A stretch of 63,099 bases of DNA, the filler included, from Reclinomonas americana ATCC 50394 (lineage: Eukaryota): NCBI GenBank assembly GCA_048213135.1. It is 4 parts of 3 records of this genome, joined end to end, with 100 filler letters (N's around TTAATTAATTAA, not from the genome) between each part and the next. Parts side by side here need not be neighbours in the genome. Positions count along the whole stretch, not along the records: positions 1 to 15,920 come from PS015234.1; 3 more parts are not named here. One strand, written 5' to 3'. Of this stretch, positions 1 through 13,000 are shown in pieces. Within the stretch, counting starts at the first letter, position 1; each line of letters begins with the position of its first letter. Made by a program: the position numbers and the translations under genes. The notes below the pieces were generated by a model. That model made no database searches and was not told where the DNA came from. It was given only the letters and a program-made list of their open reading frames with translations.

Positions 1-827
1 GTAGCCTATGCTTGTTTTTGAGTCCAGCGAATCAGGAGGATTGTTTGCGGCAGAGAGCCATGAAGTGAGACCGGCACTGGCCGCTCTCTTCGAGTCGGAA
101 GTGGAGGACGAGAAGCTGTCGTCCGTGCCATCTGTCAGCACAACTTGCCGATAGCCCTGCAACACGAGCGAGAAGAGTGAGTGTGCGCGCGTGTGTGTGA
201 GAGAGAGAGTGCGCATCGGAGTTGGCGCACCATATCCACACACATGGCATAGGTGCCGGCCGCCAACGACGTGTTTGGCACATTGAGCGTCAGCGGCGAC
301 GACGTCGTGCCTCCGGCCACAGTCAGTGAGTACGATGTGCCTCCAGGCGACACAGGACACGAGCCCGACGAGTCCAGTCGTGCGGCAATGGTTGCCGCAG
401 TCGGCGACCCCGTGTAAGGCACAGTAAACGACGCCGAGCTGTCGTTGGGACTGATAGTCGTGGGCGAGAACGACGTCGGGAAGAAGGGTAGCGTGGCGTT
501 CGGCAGAGTCACTGCCACCTTGTTCGTATGAAATCGACCCTCGTCTTGGCTGATGTTATTGAGAGACAAGGAGGCGCGGGTAAATTATGGTGGTTGTCAC
601 TGATGTTCGACACAAACGCACAAACAAACAAACGCGCGCGCGCGTACACACACAGGTGGTGCGTGTGTGAGAGAGTGTGTGTACCTGTTGGTGGCCGCCA
701 CCGCCTCCGACACTTGCTCATCTGATACGACAATGCGCGCCTCCGCCACTTGCATCATCATCACTTGCGTCATGGGCGATGGCACACACAGCACAATGAC
801 AGTCGCCACGAACAACAGAAAGAACAT
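1..827 (-). CDS. 5' part of a secreted/surface protein, paralog of the giant gene at 1090-15650 (runs off window start)
   Basis: Hydrophobic signal-like N-terminus MFFLLFVATVIVLCVPSP from ATG at 827 (an upstream in-frame ATG lies at 917). GT-AG introns at ~551-684 and ~160-230. Exons FHTNKVAVTLPNATLPFFPTSFSP...GTYAMCVDM and GYRQVVLTDGTDDSF match exons FHANNVVVNLPDGTLPFYADTFTP...NTYKLCVSM and GYRETVVTDGTADNF at 15650-14360. Confidence 0.75.
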
Positions 828-1089
828 AGCACGGACATTGCGCGGTGGTGCTCGGGGCGTCACAAGGCGGAGAGAACACCAACATTCGATATCTAATCGC
901 GAAACGTGCGCGGACATGATTGAAAACCACGGAAAACACACACTCACACTCTCGCCCACACACAGAGAGATGAGAACAGAGAAGAGACAGGGGCACTGAA
1001 GGAGACGTGCGCGAGTGCGAGGGTGTTGATGCGGCCGATTGATTGATTGGTCGCGTATTTTTCGTGAAAATCGCACACTATTTTTTCAT

Positions 1090-4000
1090 TCACCACGGCA
1101 ACGCCGGCATATGCTGCAACTGAAGTGGCGGAAGATGATGACGCGTGAACCGACGCGCATGCGACGACTGCTGCCGCGTGGATGCCCTGGCGGCGGCCTC
1201 CATTCGAATGCGCGCCACCATTTCCTGCACGACCATGGCCGAGTTGCTAATGGGCGATGCGGCGGAGCCGCTATCGCCTTGCGGAGTGAACGTGACCGCC
1301 GGTGGTGGCGGTGAGAGATTGATTGGCTGCATCGGCGTCGAGTGGTGGCGTTGTGAGCTCTTGCTGGTGACCAGCGCGGCGAGCCGAGAAGGCACCTTGC
1401 GCGGCAATGGCGGGCTGTAGTGTTGCTGCTGCGGATTCACAGCCGTGGAGGGGAGCGTGACCGGCGTAAAGTTGGTAACCGCTGGTGCCGGTGGCAACAC
1501 GTCGCTCTGCTGCACATAGACGAGCCGCCGAAGTCCGAGAAGACGCGTTCGCCGCAAATGCAACGGATCGTAAGCTTCCACAGCGCCAGTCCCGAACGAG
1601 TCTGGCATCGTGAGGCTTGCAGCCGCGGGTTGGAAAGCCTGCGGATTAAACACGGCGACAACGCCACCGCGCCCGTCAAGCACAAACGTTGGCGTCGGAT
1701 ACTGAACCGAGCCAGGCAAGTCTGGCTTGAGATGCGACTGCAGAACAGCCCAGCGGTCGCGCGATTCCTTCACCTGCTGGAGGTGGCTCAACAGTGACAG
1801 CAGAGGTCCGTTGACAGGTGGAGGTGAGTCGGGCAACTTGGCTCGAGGGCGATACTGCAAATCATGGCGCGGACTGTTTTCCACATCGCCCTCCACCGTC
1901 AGCTCACCCACATGCAGCGGCTGAACCTGCGCCATCTCCACCGCCTTGCGCTGCTTCTCGTGTCGTCGCCGGCGCCAAATCACCATCGCCACAATCATTG
2001 CCACCAACCCACACGTCACCGCCACCGCTCCCGCCGTCACACCCGCAATCAGCGGGATCGACCAGCTGCCGCCACCGCTCGATGTCGACACTCCGCCACC
2101 TGCACGTCAATGAGCAACTGCCGCAATAACAACCAAAAAGAGATGATGAATCGTCAACTCACCCGCTGCCGTCGACCCCGGCACCACTGGTGTCGCACCG
2201 GCGGCAGCCGTCGCCACCGACAGCGATGCAGCTCGCGTCGACGCCTGTGCGGCCACCACACTCGTGTTCGACGCGCCCGCCGGTCCCAGATCGAACAGCA
2301 CACACAGCGAGTAGGAGCCCGAGTTCTGGAACACAACTCGCCCACTCAGTAACAATTGACCCGTCGCTCTAATGCGGATGGATGCGTGTGGTCAGCCACA
2401 GCAGTGAAATGAATGCACACAAGCACAGAAACAGCGCGAGTGACTCACGGATCGACTTGCGATGCGAGCGGACGGTCCAGCACGTTGCAGCCGCTGCTGC
2501 ACGTGGCCACTCCGCCACTGGCTCCAGCCACCACCGCTGACGAACAACCGACGCTGGCCGGTGCAATGACAAACCAGTCGGTGGCCAGCAGGCCCTGACC
2601 AGCAATGGTGATGGTCACCTCCGTTCCCACAGTGGCACTCGGCGGATTGGCTGACAGGAACACAGGACCTATTGGGGAGAGGGAAAGCAGAAAGAGAGAG
2701 AAAGCACGAGAGCGTGAGCAACCGGATTGTCACACAGGTCGAAACGTAGCGGACAGATATTCCCACTCTCATGTACACGTGCGTGCGCTCTCTCCTCCCT
2801 CCCTTTCTCTCTCCTCTCTTCCCTGCTGCCTCTCTCTCCATCACGCCCACTGTCTTTCGTTCGATTCGGTTCTCTTCCCTGTTGTCTCTCCGCTACTCAT
2901 TGTCCTTCCCTCGCCTAATCTCCACAGCCCTCTCAAATTCCCCCTTCTCTTCCAGTTTTAACTCTCAATCCCTTCTGTCTCTCTGCTAATAATCGTCCCT
3001 CACTCTCCTGCTCTCTCTCTCCCCTCTCTCTCACGCTGTCTTCCCCTCAGCTTCTTTCCTCTTTCCCCTCCCTATGCTCCAACGCAACGGCGAATCTGGA
3101 GCGTGCTGTTGACTACGCCAGTGGCCGGCAGTGAAAGCACAATGTCAAATCCCGCCGGTCGAATGCATATCAACCACGAATCGTCGTCTCCCGCAATCTG
3201 CAACTGGATAGTGCGCTGCACCGCCGAGATAAACGTGCTCTGAATCACCACGCTCTCGTCCAGGCGTTGACCGCCGCACGTGCTGTCTCGCACTCCAGTC
3301 CTACAATGTCACAACATGAATAAGAGAGTCGTCAGCTGGACACGCACGCCATCGAGTGGCACTCACCGACTCCGGCTGCTGACAGCCGTGCCACTCTTGA
3401 ACACGTACACCCGATCATCGGGGTGGAAGCCGCGACCGTTGAGTGTGAGCACGGACGGAATGGCGGGTCGCACCGTCGTCGGACTAAACGATGTGAAGGC
3501 CGGTGCTGCACGAAAAGCAAACACGTGAGTTGTCTTCTGCTTAACACACATTCGCCATTGAATCACACACACACATACCATCCACAGTCAGTGGACCCAG
3601 TTCCACGTACGCATGTCGCGATGTCGGCCTGTGCACATACAACACAAACTCCACGTCACATTCACAGAACCATGCAACTGCCCACAAATGGACGACACAA
3701 GCACACGCAACCGAATGCACAGCACGAGATTGTTGTTGTAGACCGGTCGAGTGCCAGTGGACGATTGCACCGGTTGGATGCTCACCGTCAGCAGCGATGA
3801 CGACACCACCGACACGGGCGACAAGAGATTCACATCAGAAACATCCGTGGTGAGTACGGCTGCACTGCCACCACCACACGGTGAGGTGGAGGTGGATGTC
3901 TTCCGGCGAAGCACCACCTGCACATCTGTGGTCGACGGTAGCAGCTGCCCGCTGACGCTCAGAGTGGACGCAGCAAAGTTGGTGACCCAAGTGGGGAACA

Positions 4001-7000
4001 CGGACGAGAACGATGGAGCTGCGCGCGGAACGTAAGCAAATTAGCATCAAAATAAGCAACATGAACAACAGAAACAGTCAACTGACCAGTCACGGAGACC
4101 GTGAATCGCACCGCCACTCGAATCCACGGCACACCCGCCGCATATCTGACAGGAGACAGGCGTCAGCTGCTGACACACAAGCACCTCACTGGCGTTCTCT
4201 GCATCGCAATGGCTTCCACGCATTCACTCATTCGGCTAACTTCCTTCTTCGACGATGCAAGTCATGCCCTCTGAACACTAGCTTCCATGAATCACTGTAC
4301 TACTGCTTGCCCACCGTGTGACCCGCGAGTGTGCGTCTCATCTGCCCTCACCCTCCCTCTCTTTGCCCTCCTTCTGCTTCGAGGATGCGAGTCTCACTTG
4401 TGTTATCGCAATGGCCCCCTTGAATGTGTGTCTGTCTTTCTTCTGCCCTCACTCGCGCTTGTCCTCCTTCTCTTCGTCGACGATGAGAGTCACACTTGTA
4501 ATTTCACCGCCAAGGCATCCCCTGGAACACCTCTCTCTCTCTCTTCCGCCCTCACTCCCTCCCTCCCTCCCTTCGCACTCACCTCAAGCACACCATGAGC
4601 GTCCGGTACACCGGAAACGCACCAGCACGAACCTCCGACGGCGAGAACACCACCGTCGTGGACGTGGCTGGCAGTCCACCGCTCGGACTACTGGACAGCA
4701 CAGAAGTCGAAAAGCCGCCAAGCGCAGTGCCAACCGCCGCGCTATTCGTGTCGCAGTTGAGCAGGTTGGCGTCGACCAGCTTGCCTTCCACACCATCGAC
4801 GGGAACCCCGAATCCAACGAGCGTCACCACTGTGGTCTCCACGTTGCTCAGCACGGTCGGCGAGATGCTGTTCACTTGTGGCACTGTACAAGATACTCGT
4901 CACGTCAGGCGCATGGAGCGACACGAGCACGATCCAGCACCGGCACCACGCAACAAGTGTTGTCCAAGCGAATGCCCGTTCCACCGACGAGGAACCGATC
5001 CTCCACATTGTCAAACGAGCGACTGCGAGAGAGCAAGTGAGACGTCTCTTGTCTGCGCCCAGCATCACAACACTACCCAGCGGCAACTCAGCGCACCGCA
5101 GACAGGCAAAGAACACAGTGTCGGTCGTGACAGATGAGCTGGCAGCCAGTGACCACGAAACCGGCACCGTGGCAGTCTTGCCATCGGCGGACACAAGCAC
5201 GCGACTATTGTCGGGCACCAACTCGGAGACACCAAGTGGCGGCTGGAGTTGCGCACTGCAGTTGCTCGGATTGCGAGTAAAGGAGAAGGTGTCTGGCGAG
5301 CAGAGAATAGTGGAAAACAAGTGAGCCAGAGACAATCACTTTGCACAATGAAACGAGAATGGGAAAAAGCGCACCAGTGGAGAGCAACTGGTTACCGCGA
5401 ATGGTGACTAACGTGGTGCCGTAAACAACGGCAGTAGATGGACTTGTTGTTGTCGCGGAAGCTGTAAAGGCGATGAGAACCAAGTCACAAGCGGCAGCGA
5501 GCGAGCAATAATGTGTTACCGGAGCAGGTGGTCCAGAAGTAGACTGCAAGACACACAGGCCAGGTGGAGAAAGATGTTGTTGAACTATTGATCGTCAATG
5601 TGCCAACTCGGAGTACTGCCCGAAGGTACAACGCAGTGGAAGGTGGAAGCATGTCAAGCTTAAATCGGCCAGTAATGTCGACACTGCCGCTAAGAGAAGC
5701 GGGAAAAGGAGCAGAACCAAGAATGACAGAGAAGTCTGGTTGGTCGGACCATTCGACCGTGCACGTCACAAAACCGGGGGATGAGCCCATTGTATTCACT
5801 GTCACGTCGAAATACGCCACAGTTGACCGAACGAGAGCAGTGACAATTGACTGAACCACCGGCGGAGGAAGTGTCGTGAATGACTGCACAGAGCTGTATT
5901 GCACGGGAGCACCGCCACTTGTCGTCGCCACCACACGGAAATAGTACGCCGTGTTCGGCGTCAGCCCACTCACACCCACTGACACTGGCGTATCCGTCGA
6001 TGTGCTGACTGTGGCAGGCATCACGCCAGGCGCACTCACCACACCGCTGCTGAATGTCATTGAGGTCGAGTGCTCGATCGATACTGTCACCACCGGACCG
6101 TTCTGCGCATTCACCGTGCCACTCAACGTTGCCGATACTGCACTCGTCACCACAGCTGCATTGCTGACTGCCGTCGCCAGCTTGAACGTTGTGAATGACT
6201 GCACCGTACTATACTGCACGGGCGCACCACCGCTCGTTGTCGCCACCACACGGAAATAGTACGTGGTGTTCGGCGTCAGCCCACTCGCGTCGACAGTTAC
6301 TGGCGTATCGGTCGATGCACTGACCGTGGCAGGCATCACGCCAGGCGCACTCACAACGCCGCTACTAAACGCCATTGAGGTCGAGTACTCAATCGATACC
6401 GTCACCACCGGACCGTTCTGCGCATTCACCGTGCCACTCAGCGTTGCCGACACTGCACTCGTTACCACAGGTGCATTGCTCGCCGTAGTTGGCAACAGTG
6501 GCGTGGTGAACGGTTGCACAGAGCTGTACTGAACAGGCGCACCGCCACTCGTCGTCGCCACCACACGGAAATAGTACGTCGTGTTCGGCGTCAGCCCACT
6601 CACATTCACAGTCACTGGCGTATCCGTCGACGCACTGACTGTGGCAGGCATCACACCAGGTGCACTCACGACACCGATGCTGAAAGTCATTGACGTAGAG
6701 TACTCGATTGATACCGTCACCAATGGACCATTCTGCGCATTCACCGTGCCACTCAACGTTGCCGACACTGCACTCGTTACCACAGCCGCATTGCTGAATG
6801 TAGTCGCCAATTTGAACGTCGTGAACGGCTGCACAGAGCTGTACTGAACAGGAGCACCGCCACTTGTTGTCGCAGCAACACGGAAATAGTATGCCGTGTT
6901 AGGCGTCAGCCCACTCACACTCACAGTTACTGGCGTATCGGTCGACGCACTCACAGTGGCAGGCATCACGCCAGGCGCACTCACCACGCTACTGCTGAAC

Positions 7001-10000
7001 GTCATTGACGTCGAGTACTCAATCGATACCGTCACCGCTGGTCCATTTTGTGCATTCACCGTGCCAATCAACGTCGCCGATACTGCACTCGTTACCACAG
7101 CTGCATTGCTGATTGCTGTTGCAAGTTTAAATGTCGTGAACGACTGGCCAGAGCTATATTGCACGGGAGCACCGCCACTTGTTGTCGCAGCAACACGGAA
7201 ATAGTATGCCGTGTTAGGCGTCAGCCCACTCACATTCACTGACACTGGCGTATCCGTCGATGTGCTGACTGTGGCAGGCATCACGCCAGGTGCACTCAAC
7301 ACGCCGCTGCTGAACGTCATCGATGTCGAGTACTCGATCGATACCGTCACCACCGGACCGTTCTGCGCATTCACTGCGCCACTCAGCGTCGCCGATACTG
7401 CACTCGCCACCACAGCTGCATTGGTGACTGCCGTCGCCAGCTTGAACGTCGTGAACGGCTGCACAGAGCTGTATTGCACGGGAGCACCGCCACTTGTTGT
7501 CGCCACCACACGGAAATAGTACGTGGTGTTCGGCGTCAATGACGCAACGTCGACAGTCACTGGCGTGTCGGTCGACGCACTGACAGTTGCAGGCATCACG
7601 CCAGGCGCACTCACCACGCCGCTGCTGAACGTCATTGACGTCGAGTACTCAATCGATACCGTCACCACCGGACCATTCTGCGCATTCACCGTGCCACTCA
7701 ACGTTGCCGACACTGCACTCGTTACCACAGGTGCATTGCTCGCCGTAGTTGGCAACAGTGGTGTGGTGAACGGTAGCACAGAGCTGTACTGAACAGGCGC
7801 ACCACCGCTCGTCGTCGCCACCACACGGAAATAGTACGCCGTGTTCGGCGTCAGCCCACTCACATTCACAATTACTGGCGTGTCGGTCGACGCGCTGACT
7901 GTGGCAGGCATCACGCCAGGTGCACTCACCACGCCACTGCTGAACGTCATTGACGTCGAGTACTCGATCGATACCGTCACCGTCGGACCGTTCTGCGCAT
8001 TCACTGTGCCACTCAACGTTGCCAACACTGCACTCGTCACCACAGCCGCATTACTGACTGCCGTCGCCAGGTTGAACGTCGTGAATGACTGTACAGAACT
8101 GTACTGCACGGGAGCACCGCCGCTCGTTGTCGCCACCACACGGAAATAGTACACAGTGTTCGGCGTCAATGAAGCAACGTCGACAGTCACTGGCGTATCG
8201 GTCGACGCACTGACTGCGGCAGGCATCACGCCAGGCGCACTCACCACGCTACTGCTGAACGTCATCAACGTCGAGTACTCGATCGATACCGTCACCGTCG
8301 GACCGTTCTGCGCATTCACTGTGCCACTCAACGTTGCCGACACAGCACTCGTCACCACAGCCGCATTGCTGACTGTCGTCGCCAGTTTGAACGTCGTGAA
8401 CGACTGTACAGGGCTATATTGCACGGGAGCACCACCGCTCGTTGTCGCCACCACACGGAAATAGTACGTCGTGTTCGGCGTCAGCCCACTCGCGTCGACG
8501 GTTACTGGCGTGTCGGTCGACGCGCTGACTGTGGCAGGCATCACGCCAGTTGCACTCACCACGCTACTGCTGAATGTCATTGAAGTCGAGTACTCGATCG
8601 ATAGCGTCACCACCGGCCCATTCTGCGCATTCACCGTGCCACTCAGCGTCGCCGATACTGCACTCGTTACCACAGCTGCATCGCTCGCCGCAGTTGGCAA
8701 CAGCGGCGTGGTGAACGGCTGCACAGAGCTATACTGAACGGGAGCACCGCCACTCGTCGTCGCAACAACACGGAAGTAGTAAGCGGTATTCGCCGTCAAC
8801 GATGTAACATCGACAGTCACTGGCGTATCGGCTGATGTACTGACCGTCGCTGGCATCACGCCAGGTGCACTCACAACGCCGCTACTAAACGTCATTGAAG
8901 TCGAGTACTCGATCGATACCGTCACCGCTGGTCCATTCTGTGCATTCACCGTGCCACTCAACGTCGCCGACACAGCACTCGTTACCACAGCCGCATTGCT
9001 GACTGCCGTGGCCAACATGAACGTCATGAATGGTTGTACAGAGCTGTACTGCACGGGAGCACCGTCACTTGTCGTCGCCACCACACGGAAATAGTACGCA
9101 GTGTTCGGCGTCAGCCCACTCGCGTCGACAGTCACTGGAGTGTCGGTCGACGCACTAACTGTCGCTGGCATCACGCCAGGTGCACTCACGACGCCGCTGC
9201 TGAAAGTCATCGATGTCGAGTACTCGATCGATACCGTCACCGTCGGACCATTCTGCGCATTCACCGTGCCACTCAACGTCGCCGATACTGCACTCGTCAC
9301 CACAGCTGCATTGCTCGCCGTAGTTGGTAATCGTGGCGTTGCGAACGACTGGACACTGCCGTATTCAACAGAAGCACCACCGCCCGTGGTCGCTACGATG
9401 CGGAAATAGTACGAAGTGTTCGGCACCAACCCACTCACACCCACAGTCACTGGCGTATCGGTTGACGCACTCACAGTTGCAGGCATCACGCCAGGCGCAC
9501 TTACCACGCCGCTGCTGAAAGTCATTGAAGTCGAGTACTCGATCGATACCGTCACCACCGGACCGTTCTGCGCATTCACCGTGCCACTCAGCGTCGCCGA
9601 CACTGCACTCGTCACCGCAGCTGCATTGCTGACTGCCGTGGCCAGCATAAACGTCATGAATGACTGCACTGAACTGTACTGCACGGGTGCACCATTGCCG
9701 GTCGCCGCCACCACACGGAAATAGTACGCCGTGTTTGGCGTCAGCCCACTCACACTCACAGCCACTGGAGTATCCGTTGACGCACTGACGGTGACAGGCA
9801 TCACGCCAGGCGCACTCACCACGCCGCTGCTAAACGTCATCGATGTCGAGTACTCAATCGCCACCGAGGCCGCGGATCCATTCTGAGCATTCACGGTGCC
9901 ACTCAGCGTTGCCGACACTGCACTCGTCACCACCGCTGCATTACTTGTCGCGGTGGCAACTCGTGACGTGAGTAGTGGTTGAATGCTGCCCCTCAACTGA

Positions 10001-13000
10001 ACTCCACTGCCAACGTCACCCACAAGACGATAGTAATACGTGGTGTTTGGTGCCAGCCCGCTAACTGCTTTCCTCGCCGTCACAGTCGAGGAACCCATCA
10101 CAGCAGACGATGGAGCGTCAGCCCCAAGCGAAGTCACATTCGTCTCAACCAGCGGGTCCGTCGACATGTCAAACTGCACACTGACACTTGGTCCATTGTT
10201 GGCGTTGACGGAGCCATTCAGCACACCCGCCACCGCCGTGATGCCTGATGCCGCTTGCGTCACCAACGTCGGAGCTGTAAAGGATCACAGAAAAGGTCAT
10301 CAACAAGAATGAGCTGCCGTCATCCGGTGACTCATCCGACCACACATACCAACAAGTGTGGTGAATGATTTTTGATTGCCAGGTTGAAAACTCGATGCGT
10401 CAACAGACCGGAAATAATACGTAGTCTGAGGCAGCAACTGTGACACTGCAACCGATGTCCCTGTGAAACCCGAGCCCGTCGACGTGCTTGGCGACGCTGT
10501 CACCAAACATGCCGGCAGTGTCAGCGATCGCACCTTGGTTTGATCTGAGGACACGGGAAGAAGAAGGAAAACTCGTGAGAAATGAGTTTAACACACGTCA
10601 CACAAAGCAGTCCCCTTCATCCTTACCTCCGACAACCAGTACCCCACGCCACGGATCGTACGCAACACCCCGCTGCACGCCGCCTCACATTAGCGACAGG
10701 GAGGAACACCACCTTNNNNNNNNNNNNNNNNNNNNNNNNNNNNNNNNNNNNNNNNNNNNNNNNNNNNNNNNNNNNNNNNNNNNNNNNNNNNNNNNNNNNN
10801 NNNNNNNNNNNNNNNNNNNNNNNNNNNNNNNNNNNNNNNNNNNNNNNNNNNNNNNNNNNNNNNNNNNACTCACCGAATGGTGCAGTTGCCCGTGTCGGCC
10901 ACATACACAGCTTGTGCCGCGCTATCCACAGCCACACCCCGAGGAGTGCAGAAGCTCGCCGCCGTCGTCATTCCATCCGCGCTGCCACAGCTGGTCGATG
11001 CACCAGCTCCGGCCACCGTCGATAGCGTGTTTCCAGTGTCGAACTTTCGCAGTGTGTGGTTCAAGTTCTGTTGAAAACAGGTGAGCTTCACGAGCACTCT
11101 TTGTGTGCATCACGCTGCCTCCGCCACATACCGCAGCAACAAACACGGCGCCGGTCAGCGGATCCGCCTCAATGTCGGCCGGTCTGCAGGCAACAAAGTC
11201 AGTCTTCGCACAGACACGCAAGCGCAAATCCACTCGAACGTACTCATTCAGTCGCGCCGCTGTGCCCACGTCATCAACATTGCCTGCCATTCCCACAGAT
11301 CCAGCGACCACAGTGACAGTTGATCCTGAGATCAGTCGTAAAACGTGATTGCTGTATGAAAAATACATATGAGCTCGCAAGCTTCCACCCCCTGCACATT
11401 CCGAGTTCACTCACAGCGAGTCGGCCACCAACACATCGCCGTTTGCCAGCGGGGCAACACCCTACACCACACAAACGAGATCAGCAAAAAAGCTTCAGGC
11501 GTGGACGACAAATGACTGTGATCACCGCACCCATGCCGAGTTCATGGTCCCAGCCAGCGAGCTGGACGTGACCGTCGCACCAAACGCCGACGACGCCACG
11601 GCAAGCTCAAAGCCGTTGAACAGAAAGCCTCCTCGCGGGTCGACGGAGCCTTGCAGCTGCGCCGACACCGCAGTGATGCCGGTGGCGTCCAAGGTGGCGA
11701 AAGGGTAAGGGCCAACGGTAATTTGCGTCGAGCCGACAGTGGTGAACGTAGAGGCTCCAGTAAACTTGATGCACACAGCATACATGCCGAGCACGGTTAG
11801 GGTCGACGATGTTGCAGCCTTGAACACTAGAGAACGCGAGCCAGCAAAGCCGCCCAGACTCTGGAAGGCGAGACCAATGCCGCCACCAGCAGTAGCGCAC
11901 GAAGTTACACCGAGTTGCAACTCGACAATGTCGGTGCTTTGCAGCCCAGCTCCGGCAACAATGACGTTATCGTACGTACTCGACACCGAAATGGACGACG
12001 GTGAAAATCCAGTGGTTGTAGCCACTGGGCAGAGAGGAATGAGAGTCAGCGTGCTGCTGGTCAAGGGAATATCTAATGACAGGACGAACCTGCGTCGACC
12101 TCAGTGCTGCCGACTTTCACAAATGACCCCCCGCCACCGTACTGGATGCTGTGTGCGACAGAAGATCACAGTAAGCGTGGTGAGCCGCAACATCCTTTCC
12201 ATCTGCGCTCCACTCACTCACCACACAGACAACGATCCAGTTGGAACTGTGCTCGCCGACGATGCGCTGGCCGTCAGCGTCCACGCGCCAATCATCCCGC
12301 CAAGCGTGCCGGTTGTCAGCAAGCTCCCGCCTCCGCTTGCCGTACACGTCACACCTGCCTCCAAGCGCACCACATCGGTCGCTCGCAGTGCCAGACCTGA
12401 TATCGTTATGCTGGCGCCCGCAGTCTCCGCCGCAATCGACGACGGCGTGAACGACGTCGCATTGGCCACTGGGGGAAAAGAGAAATGAGGTATTCTATGA
12501 CAGCCACAAATCGTCCTTCATGGTACACACTCACCGCCAGTCAGCAACGAAGATGAAACCTTCACCCATGTCCCCGCATCCGCCGAAAACTCCACACACA
12601 CGGAAAATGTGTCGGGACTCGCACTCGGCAGAAGCAGACCCGACCCGCCCACAGTCGCCACCACCTCCGTCAGCATCGAGCTGCTCAGCGATGCCGCCGT
12701 GGTGGCCCCAGCTGCCGGCGTGCACGCAATGCCGGGTACAAATCGCACTTGTGAAACAGAAGTGCTAACCGCCAGACCGGCTCCTGTCACCGTCACCGTC
12801 ACACTCGCCACCTCAGCGGCGATCGACGAAGGAGAGAAGCTCGATACAGACGCTGTGCGTTGTCGCAAAAGGAGATTAGATCTTCGCCCGCGACGTCTCA
12901 CTCACGCCTGGTAGCAGCAGGAAATAAACGCAACGAATGTACATCAGAGTGGATCCGACCTTGAAATACGACCCCGAGGCAGAGAAGCGTACACACACGC

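Noticed and set aside
5564-10312. Series of ~88-102-aa plus-strand ORFs repeating every 315 nt
   Set aside because: Antisense shadows of the minus-strand FN3 repeat exon.
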